Assembly: GCA_020891255.1 (NCBI GenBank)
Contig: BQFW01000001.1
Location: 2,666,001 to 2,730,000, forward strand
Direction: 5' to 3'
Length of the DNA: 64,000 nt
Source: Entomortierella parvispora E1425
Taxonomy: Eukaryota; Fungi; Mortierellomycota
Positions 31,465 to 44,305 of the stretch are shown here, piece by piece (the first letter of the stretch is position 1; each line of letters opens with the position of its first letter). Under the pieces are notes generated by a model. It did not search any database. It saw nothing but the letters and a program-made list of their open reading frames with translations, and was not told where the DNA came from. Both the position numbers and the translations under genes were made by a program.

Positions 31465-32010
31465 TTATTTTGCTATCTCGTCCTCCCTTCCCCAGTGATC
31501 AAAGGGGTGTATACCGATCCCGAGTTCAGTCTTCAGAGACGCCAGGACCTGGTCATCGCAGTCGTTGTTGGAAAAGTATATTACCACGGGCTCGCGTACC
31601 GAAAGTCGATCTCCTATACTTGTATTGGATCTGCCCATTCGTGCCTGATACTGGTCTAGAGACTTTAGGCGATCCATGTGGATAATGACGTTTATCTCTG
31701 ACGAGCCTGCCTCCATGATTAGCCCCGCTGTTTCATCTGTGGCGATGAGGACCATACAGACTTCGTTTTTGAAAGTTTGAACGCGGTCCTTTTGATGTTG
31801 CTGATCCTGACTAGGATCCATGGTCATGGCTGGACACCTGCAGTCGCTCAATTGACGACAGAGACTCTGGGATCGTTCATAAGAATCCACGTAGATCAGA
31901 GTCAAGTTGGCACAAAGAACGGACAAGACGTGCTTTAGCTTGCAAAAACCTTCGCCGTCATCAACGTGAACATGGTAGTGTTGCTGCTCATCGAAATCAG
32001 AGTTGTCCAT
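31465..32010 (-). CDS. Stand-alone degenerate DEAD-box helicase C-terminal (RecA2) domain, UAP56/Sub2-like (181 aa)
   Basis: QQHYHVHVDDGEGFCKLKHVLSVLCANLTLIYVDSYERSQSL..PAM..FKNEVCMVLIATD aligns by eye with UAP56 [54 protein letters not shown]. Motifs V and VI are degenerate and no N-terminal domain is visible upstream. Confidence 0.75.
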   Translation of the reverse strand: MDNSDFDEQQHYHVHVDDGEGFCKLKHVLSVLCANLTLIYVDSYERSQSLCRQLSDCRCPAMTMDPSQDQQHQKDRVQTFKNEVCMVLIATDETAGLIMEAGSSEINVIIHMDRLKSLDQYQARMGRSNTSIGDRLSVREPVVIYFSNNDCDDQVLASLKTELGIGIHPFDHWGREDEIAK

Positions 32011-33847
32011 GGGCGAGAAGTGGAGGGATGTGAGAATTTAGCCCCCCGAAAGAAGGAATAAACAGAAAATAAAAGGGTAGAGGAAACACAGGAGAAATCC
32101 TACTATTTCTGCTGCGGACGGACAACTGTCGGCACAGGGGCAGAAAGACAGGGCATGTCGCGCCAACGGTCGGTCGCGTTCATTTCTCTTTTTGAGCTTT
32201 TTGCTGACCTGGTACACTCGCTCTCTCCTCCGAGAGGGATCGCGATTTTAGTATCCTGCTAAGACCTTTCTCTTTTTTTTCTTGCAATTGATAGCGCGCG
32301 CGCTCACCCTCATGAACAAAACCCAGACGTCAAAATACATGGTGGTAGTTGCAGAAAATGACTATTCATGACGAACGTCCTTTTTTTTATTGGAATACTG
32401 ACTTGCAAAACAAAAGATACAGATAAATCGAGCCATCGCACTTACCTTGAAACATGGACCACAGACCGCCCCTCTTGCATCAACGATGACAGCAGTATCC
32501 CGTCAATTTTCAATTGAGGTCCAGATTCTCCTGGAATGGCCCAGACGGACGGCACCCATGTCAGCTAACTGATTGTCCAACGGCTGACCTTGAAGTTACG
32601 TTACGGCGCGCGTAGACAGGATGTGTTGCAAAGATCTGAATGGTTCAAAAAAGATGGACATATGGTTAGGAATCATGATGAATCAAAAGTTATCATTCAC
32701 AGAACCCCCATCCTCTCCCTCGCACGCGAAGCTTTTCTTTTAGAGTATGTGTGTCAGCATTAAACGGCATCTCATGAGGAACGTATTTTGTCCTTAAACG
32801 AGCTGGGTTAATAGCAATAAATGTTATCATCATAACATACTCTTGAAAAAAAATCCCCATTGCACCCAAGGTATGGAAGGAAGACCCAAAGGAATGAAAG
32901 AGAAAGGTGGTGGGTACATACCAAGCTCATTCAGAGTATCTTGTTTCGGTTGTTCGACGAGGAACAGATCGGGTGGGCCTGGAGGACAAGACCCGCCAAC
33001 TCTTTCGGGGGAGCAAAAGAGGGTGCGCGTGAGAAGCGACGCGTCTTTTTTTTCTTGATGCAGCGACCTCAAAGGCGGATTCCTTGAGTAGATCAATGAT
33101 CCATGATGGAAGGCCGGGCAGACATGCAGACGGATAGAAGAACTTGGTGACCGATGGATAAACGGATCTTGAGGACAATCCAACGGATGGATCAGGGAAG
33201 GATGGATGGATGGATGGTTGGAATGAGGGAAGGGGATGGATGGATGCAGGAAAGAGAAAAGAAGAGATCAAATTTTCTTTTTGTACGAGGTTTGATCTGC
33301 ACCTGCGCCACCAAAATTAATTTTTTTTGGTGGCGGCCGTTGTGGAAAGGGGACTTTCTGCCGTTGTTGTTTTTTGGGCATGCTGGATCTCGGAGTTCCA
33401 AGGTCCTTGGTTTTGTGACCGTGAACTTGGGCCTCGACAAGTATAAAAGAAGGGCGGCAACAGGAACACTTTTTTCTCCTTATGATCGTACTTTACAGGA
33501 TTTCTGTCTAGTTCATCTCCAGTCTTTGTTTTCCAACTTAGACACACAGTTTACTCTCGACGATGAGTTGAAGTGCGCTGCCCATAGAGGGAAGCGAAGC
33601 TCAGAGTTCTTTTTTTCGGAAAAGTCCTTTGTTGCTTATTGATGATCTTGTCTAGTCCACTTGTGGGCTATGATAAGGGCTGTCGCACATTCTGAGAGTT
33701 ACTCTGCCCTCCTTATTTTTCCTTTTCTCCCAAAAAAAAAAAAAAAAAAAAAAAAAATCGAAAATTTGTTTTGTTGTTGTTTGGTTTTTATTTGGGTCGA
33801 TCCTCTGCGACCCAATTGAGAATAAAAATATCTACATTCGAAGGACT

Positions 33848-35581
33848 CTAAAGCTTGGCTGAAGTCTTATCCTTGCGCTGCTCCTTGGCCACTACAATGA
33901 TAGAAGCAAAAGATGATTGTCAGTACTGTTGTTATTATTTTTCTAGTGGGTGGCTCAGATTGACTGGCCAAACACTCCACTTACTCATAAACTCGATAAT
34001 GGCGTTGGTGGACTCTTCAGAGGCCATCCGCTCTCCCAACAACTTCATCTCGCGATCATTGACCTCGTTCAAGAAACCATAGTCATGTGCGCGGATCAAA
34101 GCCTTTGTGTCCTTCATGGCCTGGGGAGGGAACTTTGCGGCCGCGGTAGCCAGCTTGAGAACTTCCTCCTTGAATGTGGCAGAGGGGAAGATTCTTGAAA
34201 CCATGCCAGCCTCTCTCATCTCCTCTGCTGTGAACTTACGGCCCATGAGCTATCACATCAAAGAAAGGACGGGGAAAAAGGGGGTCAGTTGGTGGAACAA
34301 CAGCTCATTCCTCAAACCAACAGCTCAACGATAATATGCAATGCAACGTACAAGCATTTCGTTGGCGCGAGAGTAACCCATGACACTATAACAGACAGAC
34401 AAGATAAAAGGTCAGCCTTCAATTGCTCGATAATGCCAGTCAATCCTACAAAAAATCCTGATCATCCAGCGTCGTACCGAGGGAAAATGACTGAAGAGCA
34501 GGCCTCGGCACAGAATCCTACGAAATAGGGGGGAGACGTGTTAATTTTGATATCTCTTGTCAGACAAAAAGACGCGAGGATCCCCCTTTTACTGTTCCCA
34601 TTGAACTTACCAAGCTGCATGAAGGGAGTGTTGAAGGTAGCTTCAGGTACCGTGTACGTGACATCGCAGAGAGAGGCGGACGTGACACCGAATCCAATGA
34701 CGGGACCTTTGAATCACGTAGAGGAATGTGGGTGTTAGTTCTCTGTGGGAGCCGCATGTCCCTTTTTTTTCTGGCTCGGCTGGAGGATTGTCGGTTGTGG
34801 TAGTTGTTTTCCCGAGTTGTGTCTTTGTTTGTGTGCAAGTGCAAGGATAGTGGAATTCAGCCGCTCCTGCCGATCTTTGCACTTCAAGAAGTACAAAGTA
34901 TCATTTCACTGCTTGAATTAAGTTCCAATGGCTCCGGGTGACCCTCCTGTGGAGACAACACAAAACCGCTTCGAGGACTCAAAGGGAGTTCAATTGGTCG
35001 GCGTTCGGTTGGCACGGCACAATTTTGCCTCCGTTGGACTTTTGATCCTGTCGACCGTCCTTTGCTTTTTTGTTTCCCTGTGGGGAAAAGACCCGCCGTT
35101 TCTTTACCTTGAACAGCGGCAATGATCAGCTTGGGGAAGTGAATCAGCTGCAGAATCACTTTTCTAATGATTGGTAAAGCAACGAGAGGAAATAGAAAAG
35201 CAGATCAGAGAGTGACCTCAAGACGATCGCGCACTCCTTCTGGACACTGCAACGAATGGTCGATTCTCCCACACAAGCGACGCCTTACTTGGTATATCCA
35301 GATCGCTTTGCGATGGCGCCCTCGATTCCGCCGTCCTCCATCTCCTCGCTTGAGGGGATGCCGAGCTCTTGACCCGAGGTATAGTATTTGCCGTTGCCGG
35401 TCATGACAACGACGCGGACATCGTCGTTGTTGGCGGCCCACTCAAGAGCCTGACCCCACTGGTCGTATACCTGGGGGTTGAGGGCGTTGTACCTCTTGGG
35501 GCGGTTGAAGGCGATAACACAGACTCCATGGTCAAGGAGCTGGATGTCAAAGGTGTCGAGATGAGTCAGAACGGCAGGCAT
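33848..35581 (-). CDS. Peroxisomal enoyl-CoA hydratase/isomerase (crotonase fold, ECI-like), 7 exons
   Basis: FNRPKRYNAL, YYTSGQE, FPKLIIAAVQGPVIGFG, TPFMQLGFCAEACSS and RANEMLLMGRKFTAEE. The last exon ends SAKL*, a PTS1 signal. Confidence 0.9.
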
Positions 35582-36555
35582 GTTTGTGAAAGTGAGTGGA
35601 GAGTAGAGAGAGAAAATGAGAGGGGAATGAAGGAGGGAACGAATGAACGAACGAACGAAGGAAGGAAGGAATGCACAAGCAAATGAAAGAGAGAACAGGG
35701 AACAGGGACACGAACAAAGCTTTGCCCCTTTGACAGTTGCGGTTTTCGCCCTTTTCCTCTGGGGAAGAAGGATGTCACTTTCGGCCTCGGTCTGTCACTG
35801 TGGGGAGATGTTCCTGCTGGCCGATCACTTTTGCACGTGATGATGCTGCATCCCTTTTTTTTTTTTTTTTTTTTTGGCCCTCTTTTTTTTCGCGTTGTTG
35901 TCGTGTGTTTGTTGCATGTCATGGTCATGTTGCGAGAAAGTGACAAGGAAAAGAAGGGTCCCTCCCGCCTTTCTTTGAACGCGAGCGCGTTCCTCGTTCT
36001 TGGGTGGGGTCGTGCTCTTCTCCATGCTGAGCTATGGTCTCAGGTCCGCCCAACGCCAGCTTGGTGCGCATCGGAATGGCCGTCGCCTTCTCGCAAGTCT
36101 TCTGACGATGATGGCGATGACATGCCCATATCCTGCCTGGTAACCCATTGTGGCTGATGGTAGTTACCGGTCCATGACAGAACATCGAATCTCGATTCAT
36201 CTCCTAGAGATTCTGGACCCTTCTTGTCCTTCCATCCTCAACGGAAAACCTTCAATAAATACCTCAATGGGTGATCAGGGTTCTGGTCTTTCTTGGTCCT
36301 GGCATGGCTGGACCTTTGGATCCCCGGGGCTCAGCTTGGTCCACCCTCTCTCTGCAAATTCTCACGTTTTCTCTTTGTCATCTGTCCCCCCTCTCGCTGT
36401 ACATTACAATTGTAGTTTCTCTTTCTTCGCTTCCTCTCTCTCTCTCTTTTTTTTCGGGTTCACTCCTTTGCTTTTTTGAATCCCCTTTGTCCTCTTCCGT
36501 TGTACTACTAACTCACCCACACCCCTTGGCCTGTGCCACTCAATTCACGCCCACC

Positions 36556-38192
36556 ATGGTAGTTCACTCGACTCGGCAACCATCCTATACTTGCTTTTGT
36601 ATCTGCATATCCATTCTCTTTGTCTTTATTGCTCTCTCGTCCAGTCCTACAGCAGAAGCCGCCACAGGATGTCAACACTATGAAGGAGGATCCAATTGTC
36701 CAGCAGAGGCTCCGTGCTGTAAATCTGGATGGTGTTCCAATGCTGAATCCTTTTGCTCACTCGCTTTGGGATGTCAACCGGAGAATTCCTTCAGTCTCGA
36801 CACCTGCCTACCCTTGCCACTTTGCAGTTCTTTCACAGAGGTACAGACTCAATGAAAATGAACCAAAAAAAAAAAAAAAAATCGCGGGGCAAGCCGCTTG
36901 TCTCTTCTCATGGGAAACCAACTCCTCTCCCTTCTCATGTTTTTCGTCCCTTTAGAACTTTGACAACCCAGAAACCATGATTGCCCTTGCCAATTTCTCT
37001 GGAAACCCAGCCGACGCAGCTTGGACCTCTGATTTCCTCCCTAGCAATGCTCACATCCAAGACGGGAACTTGGTCCTGACTCTCCTACCTGGCCAAAGTC
37101 TCAACAAGTTTGGAAAGTGGCCTGGCTTTGGTGCCACTGTCTCCAGTACCAGGTCAGTGGGAAGGAAAAAAAAAAAAAAAAAGAGAGAGAGAGAGAGAGA
37201 AGTACTCATCAGTGCTGAACCATTGCCACCCGTTTTCTTTCTCTGGATGATATCCTAGGTGGATGCTCTACGGGACTGTTACGGCCAGGATCAAGTCTGG
37301 ATCCCCCTCAGGCGGGGTGGTCTCCTCCTTCATCTACCGATCTTCTCTCACAGGAGACGAGATTGATTTCGAATGGGTGGGACAGTCCCCCGTCGAAGTC
37401 CAATCCAATTACTATTACAAAACCCCTTCTACCATGGATCCCAAGGACATTGATTACTCGCATTCCCGTCGCTCCAACATCACTTCCCCATCCTCCTCAC
37501 TCATCAACCTGTCACAGGACTATCAGACCTACACGATCGAATGGTTACCAGATAAACTGACTTGGTACATCAATGGCAAAGTGATCCGTCAGCTCTTGAA
37601 ATCCGAAACCAATGGCACGGGCACTCAATACCCCGATACACCCAGTCAGATCCAATTCAGCATCTGGGACGGCGGCTTGGGAGACCCCGCCACGATGGAA
37701 TGGGCTGGTGGGCCCACGGATTGGTCGTCGAACCGACCCACCTATCAAATGTGGATTGATTCTGTGGACGTCAAGTGCTACTCTCCATTAGACACAGCGA
37801 CCTGGCCTCCAAAGGATCAGGGATTCCAAGGATTCGTCAACCCATTGGAGAGAGATCCTACTTCCCCCTTGGCCAAAGATGCCATTGTCTTGGGAGACAA
37901 TGCACCGACCTTCTCGACCCTGGACCGAGGCGGTCTGCATTGGGGTCGGTTCCTGGGAGGTGGCAAAAGTTTGATCGGAGGCAAATACCCTATTCCCACA
38001 GCCAAGAAGAGTCAAGCCTCTTTTTCCTCCAGAACGCCGGGCTGGAAGATGTTTTGGCGTCCCAACTCTTTCCTGGACATAATGATCAGCAAAAGTACCG
38101 GTGGCGGCAGCGGCAGTGGCGGCGCGGGTCGGTGGGAGGCCATGGTGGTGGCTTTATCGGCGATCGCGATTGCCTTTTTTGGGCTTGCATAG
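36556..38192 (+). CDS. GH16 Crh/Utr2-like chitin transglycosylase with a Cys-rich chitin-binding domain, 3 exons
   Basis: Signal peptide, CPAEAPCCKSGWC chitin-binding motif, catalytic DEIDFEW and a hydrophobic C-terminus (GPI-like). Introns 36841-36955 and 37153-37258. Confidence 0.9.
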
Positions 38193-38434
38193 GTGCCTTT
38201 GCCCAGACTTCCTCGATAACCTCTCTTCAATCTGTGTCCTAATCTTTCCTCCTATTAAAAACACCACGCCGCATCCATGCCACTCACTTCACCACTCCAA
38301 GGATTGCTTTCTTTTTTGTTTGATTTTTATTCAGAAATATTTACAGGATATTTTTGTGGATATTTTTTGAAGAGGTCTTGTTCGATATCACAGATATGAC
38401 AGAATAGTTTCCTTATCGAAAGAGGGCAGGCGTC

Positions 38435-40102
38435 TTAGAAAGCGCGGGGGTTGCACTGAATGCCTGACTTGCCACCTCCAACAATGACCGAGACTTTGGC
38501 ACCAAACTCGAAAGGATCGCCGTTGTAGATGACAAGGCCGGTGGGGCCAGTAGGCAAACCGACAATCTCAGCCAAGTTCCAGCTGACAAGACCGACGGCC
38601 TCCTTCTCCGAGATTCCAAGATCCGAACGAGCCCATCCAGCAATCCAGGACAACTGACGGACATCCTCGGGCTCATGAGCAGCCAAACCGACCTTGACAC
38701 CAGCCTTGTAAAGGACAGAAAGACCAGTCTCGTTGGTAAGGGGAGCACCAGGCAAGCACTGCTGAGCAGTCCACTGGACAGGGGTGCAGAGGAATGGCTT
38801 CAAGATGACGCCAACCTCAGCCTCGGCCAAAGCCTCAGCAACAGTCCAGGCCTCGGTGGCACCAATCAAGGACATCTTGATCTGAGCACCGCTCTTCTCC
38901 AACTGCTTCTTGATCTGGAGCAAACGAAGGATCTCATCGCGGTTGTGGACCTCAATAACCAAAGGAATCTTGCCGCGGGTGACAAGGGAGAACTCCTCGT
39001 TAGGGTGGAAGAGCTCAGAGAGACCCTTCTCCAAGGCAGAGCGGAGGAAGGAAATCTGGGAAGAGACAGTAGGGAAGAGAGGCGACTTGGAGGCCTGACC
39101 AATACGGACGTGAAGAGCGACCTTCTCCTTGAGGATAGCTCCCTTGGGTGAGATGGCACTTTCAGCACCGGTCGAGAAGGCAACACTGACTCCCTGGATA
39201 ACGTGCTGAGAGTCGGGGGCAGTGACTCCGACAAGAACACCGGCCTTGTAGGCCTCATCCATATGGAGACCACCAAACTTGAGACCATCGGCAGCATCAA
39301 TGACCTCGGGGCTCAATCCGGGGTGACCGTCGCCGGTGGTGTCCTCGGCAGCAATCTCCTGCAATCCCAAGTTGGGGGCTCCAACAGAGAGCAAAGAGGG
39401 CAAGACCACACCCTCACCACCAAGGTCGTAAACGGGGGCATCCTTCTTGCCCATGGCAGCAGCCTCGTGGCGACAGTGACCAGCGCAGACAACATCGCCA
39501 TTATCAATGACAACAGTCAAATCGCCCTGAGCGCTAAACTCTTCAGCACCCTCGAGGAGAATCTTCTTGATACCAGTGAAGACACCAGACTCGGCATTGG
39601 CGGTGCACGAGTCCTTGTCCTTGGGGACAGAGAGTTCGGGAAGCTCCTCAAAGGTCAAGGGCTCACCCTGCTCATCCCAAGTCTCGGGCTTGACGTTCTC
39701 GATCTGAGCGATACCGTCAATGTAAACCTGGAGAGGGTGGGCACCGAGAGACAAGGGGTGCTTCTCCCAGACGACAACATCGGCATCCATACCGACAGCG
39801 ATTCTTCCAATACGGTGATCCAAGCCCAGAGCCTTGGCGGGAACAGAGGTAACCGAGGCAATAGCAAGGGTCTCTGAGAGGCCATAGTGACGGGCCTGAG
39901 CAGCCTCGTAAACAAGATGCTGGGAGTTGAGAACGGGGTGGTCAGACTTCATGGCGACGGGGATGCCGTTATCAGCAAGAATCTTGGCAGCATTAACAGA
40001 GCTCTGGAAAGCCTCCTTCTTGTAACTATTGGAATGAACAAGGACATTAGCGCTGCATCCTCTTTTTGTGGTTCATATTCAAATGACCCAATTGCAAACG
40101 AC

Positions 40103-40138
<36 letters not shown>

Positions 40139-41652
40139 TTACCCAAATTTGCCTGCAAAGGTGGCAACAACGGGGACAACCTTGTAGGCGCGCTTCAAGA
40201 TCTCGGGAACGCGGTAAGCATCCAAACCGTGGTGGAAGGCAGAGATCTTGAACTTGTACTCGTTTGAGTGACGGACCATGGCCTCCAGATCGTGGGTCTC
40301 GTAACAGTGAATGTTCAACTTGACATCATCACGCAAGATGCCGACCAAGCTCTCGTACTGGAGATCCTCGGGGAAGGGTTTGTCCAAGCGGTGACGACCA
40401 AACTTGGGCAAGTTCTCGGCAGCAATGCACCAATCATCCTGAGCACGCTTGAGCTCAGTGGCCTTGGCAAACTGGTCACGGAGGAGCCAGCCCTCACCGA
40501 GACGGGTCGAGGGCATGCGACCGAGGTAACCTCCATAGTAACGCTTGGGGTTCTCACCGCAGGCCATCTTCATGTATCTCCACTTGTCGTCCTCGCCAGC
40601 CTGGACGAGCATGTCCTCAGTGCTGAGGGTGTCGACCTTGCGCATCTTGACGGAGTAAGCCTCACCGCCCATAATGTTGCCAGAGCCGGGAAGGATCAAC
40701 GAGGTGGTGATACCTCCCGAAAGAACCCACTCGCGGGCGGGGTCGCTGGGGTTGAATCCATCCAGAGAGCGAACGAAGGGCGTAAGGGGCTGGGTCATCT
40801 CATTGGTATCCTGAGTGGCCTCGAGTTCGGGCCATGAGTCGACGCCAAGATGGCTATCATTGAACGGAAGAGGCAAAAAGATCGGCTCGAGTGGTTAGTG
40901 GGCCAAAGTTGATTTGACGTGGCTTGATTTCCCAGTGGGGTGTGTCGATCTTTTTTCGCAGCAATCAGAGGTGCTGAACCTTGGAAGGTCACATGCCGCA
41001 GGAACCTTTTTTTGCTCTTCATCTCCCTTCCGCTCCTCTTTTGGACAACAATTCGAGGGATGGCAATTCTATCTCCAAGCGGATCTTTGAGCAAAGACCC
41101 CAAGGAGAACAGGTGTGCGTAATGGGCATGGAGTTTTCTTTACCTGTGCATGTCGACAATACCAGGGGTAAGGATATGTCCCTTGAGATCCACCACGACG
41201 GCATCCTCGGGGGCCGTGATGTTGCCACCAACCGCGACAATCAGACCACGATCGATCAAGACATCCCCCTTGTAGGACTCGTTCACACCATCAAAGATGT
41301 ATCCGTTCTTGAACAAGGTGGGCGCAGTGCCGTTCACGAAGCGGGGGTTAACCTGGCGGGCTTCGGGTACCGGGTAGTCGTGCTTGTTCTCACGGTTGAT
41401 GGCCTTACACTTGTTCAGGCCGTTGGCAAAGTGACCAGCAGAGATGCCGACCTCCTCGTAATGGACCTTGTTGTGAGAGAGCTCGTTGGACGCACCCAAG
41501 AAGTAGGCAGAGGTAGCGAGGAGAGCGATGGCAGCGGTAGCGAGGACGATTGTGGTCTTCTTGTGTTTGCGGAAGAACTCACCCTTGGGTTGAGGGTAGG
41601 CGTGTCCAGCTTCCTCCTGGTCGTGCTGAGGGAGGGATGAGTAGTCAGCCAT
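38435..41652 (-). CDS. Type II membrane-anchored two-domain amidohydrolase, 3 exons
   Basis: N-terminal TM, PGIVDMHSHLG (HxH across intron 40854-41143), KMACGENPK, HCYE, FHHG and KSDHP. The second domain lacks the metal ligands. Intron 2 is 40026-40142. Confidence 0.88.
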
Positions 41653-42243
41653 GGGTGGACGTGTGTTTATGAAAGAGTGGTATATACAAAGGATGTGACA
41701 ATGGGAGGAAGGAAGGGAGGGAGGGAGAGAGGATGACGATGGAGAGAGAGCAGAAGAGGAGTAAAGAAGAAAAGAAGAAAGAAGACGAAGGGACCGTGTG
41801 GACGTGAGAACAAAAAAAATGGCATAATCAAATCACCTCAGCGAAGGGAAAAAAGCGGCCGTCCGTTGGGAGCAGCAGAGGGTGGGACCGTTGACGGAGT
41901 CCTTCTCGCGCGCAATTGGCCAGACCAAAATTGAGTCCTTGTCTCCCCCGGCATCCTTGCAGGAACGGGAAGGGTGGACACGTCAAAAACAAACAAAGGG
42001 CCCAAAAAAGGAAGCAATTCACACTCCTTCCACTTCATCCTTGCTACCGCCAAGGCGCTCTGGATAAAGTCCTTCATCAGCAACAATCGGCAGTCCATCC
42101 GTCGTCTACGCCCTCAAGGATCCGCCTCCAAGGGCTCTCTCGACTCGTCTTTGCCAAGGCCTATTCTCTGCTCTCTTTCTCTCTCTCTCTTTTGGTTCTC
42201 TTTTGTTAATCCTTTTCGCCTCCTTTCATGCTTCTACCAGCCA

Positions 42244-42282
<39 letters not shown>

Positions 42283-42750
42283 GGCAGAGAAAAGGCGCCA
42301 TAGGAAGATAAGAACCAGATCCCAACCAGATTCCAACAACCTTGTCATCATTTAATGACACCCGGGTTCACGTACTTCCGCCATGTGGCCCGGTGTTTCG
42401 AGGGTCGTCCTTGCAGGATTGGAACATGGCACTTGAACCCTATCCCAGGAGATCGATCTCCTCCGGGAAGATGGATCATTTCCAAGAAAAAGCAACTTGG
42501 CCCATGGATTCTTTCATTTTTTCATTCAAGCGCGCTTGGGCCGTTTTATTTTGTTGTGAATCATTACCAATATTTTTTTTCTTTTCTCCCGTGCATGCGA
42601 TTGTCCTTGTTCATGTCGGACGAACTGGTCTGGGCGGGGGTCTTTGTGGAAGAGTGGGGGGTGGTTTGGTTGCATCAACGCTGCATTGTCACGGACGTTC
42701 TTCATCTTCCAGTCGGTGCACAAGTTCTTTGTTTTTTTTGTTCTTTCCCA

Positions 42751-43654
42751 CTACTTGCGGCCATCAGCTTTGCGGCGAAAGTTGTGTTGTTTTCGAAGCC
42801 AATTGCGGTAATCGCTGATGGACTTGATCTTCTCGCCGTAATAGTCGGGAACAACATTCCGGCCTGAATTTCTAGTGGGATCCACTCTGTGCTTTACAAT
42901 GTGCTTGTGAAACTCCTTGTCCATCTTTTAATGACAAAATGGAAGTCGTAGAAAACAATATTAAAAAAAAGAAAAAGAGAGAGCAGGATGTCGTGACTGT
43001 GCTACTAGAAAAGCTTACCTTGTCCACCAGAGGGCGCGCTCTGTGGTGCAAGGCTCTGAAGGCCGTGTTACCCATCACGGGTCCAATGGCAACACCCAAT
43101 AGACCAGCAGCCAAGGTGCCAACTCCATAGACAAGAAGCTGGTCGAATCCAAAGATGGGTGTCGGGTCAAAAGGCTGCATTAAAAAGTACGCGCCGGCGC
43201 CAGAGAACCCCAAGAGGCCACAGGGGACCATGAACATGCTCTCATACCGACGACGGGTCCTGCGAAGAGCAAAGTACGTGTTCCAGTCCATGGTGGTTTG
43301 GTAACCATCGTTGTGGCCTTGTTGGACCCGAGTGCCGGTTGGCTCGAATCGTGAGAAAGAGGAAGGAGCGCCTGTTCCACCTTCGGAAGACGGCCACAGA
43401 CTGGGGCTCGCCGAGCTCCTCGTGACAGCCGTCGAGGACATGGATTTTGTGAACAGAGGCACGGCGGTGTTGTTTCTTGAAAAGAATGTGGACGAGGCCG
43501 TCGTCGTGGGACCTGTCATAAGGGTTCTGCTCCAGCAGAGACGCGTTTCAATTGTCGAGGCAAGAGGAACTCTGGCGGGTCGGCTGGAAGCCAGGACGGC
43601 CGGTACGCGTCTTTCAAGTGCAGTGAGCAAAAGGCGGGTAGCAATTGGAGTCAT
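42751..43654 (-). CDS. PAM17: Mitochondrial import motor subunit Pam17, 2 exons
   Basis: Presequence, [14 protein letters not shown], two TMs, and second exon [16 protein letters not shown]...[22 protein letters not shown]. Confidence 0.88.
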
Positions 43655-44305
43655 TAAAGTGAAAGTGACGATAAAGGTGGTGATTCAGGGGAACTGGAAG
43701 AGTGTGGCCTGGACGAGTGTCTCCTGGGCAAGTTTGATGAGGGGATGAGAGAGAGGAATGAAGGACGATGAGGACGATGAGGACAATGAGAAAAGGGGAG
43801 GAAGGAATGCAGTTCTGAAAAAGGAAAAACGCGCGAGGGCTGGTGGTGGGCAGCCATGTGACCCTTCGTGGTGTGAGCTCGTGGGATCATTGTTGTTGTT
43901 GACGGCACAACGGTCAAGTTCAATATGTTGCTGCAAGGGCCGACACCTCCCTTTATTACGAGATTACCCCTTCTCTCTCACTTCACTTGCACGACCCTGA
44001 GATAAAGTGCTTTTCAACCGCAGGTGAAGTCCGATGTCCACGCCTCCTTGTAATGAACCTTGGCATCGATTCGCTCAATTGCTGAAATCGATCTGATATA
44101 GACTGATCGTCCCGAAGACGATGCAGACAAACTTGTGATATCAATTGCAAAAAAAGATGAATGGCCTTCATTTAATGGTAAAAATACACGCAAGACTTTT
44201 ATTCTTTTTTCAACGAAGATGTGGGGGGGGGGAATCGGAAAAAGTGCTTGCTCATGCTATAGAACTGCTTATATTGAGAATGCATAGCGAAAAGGGGAAA
44301 GGCTT

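Noticed and set aside
33440-33700. TATA-like box followed by a C/D-box-like segment (TTGATGA...ATGATAA...CTGA)
   Set aside because: No terminal stem, and I could not match the putative guide to any rRNA or snRNA from memory; needs snoscan or Infernal.
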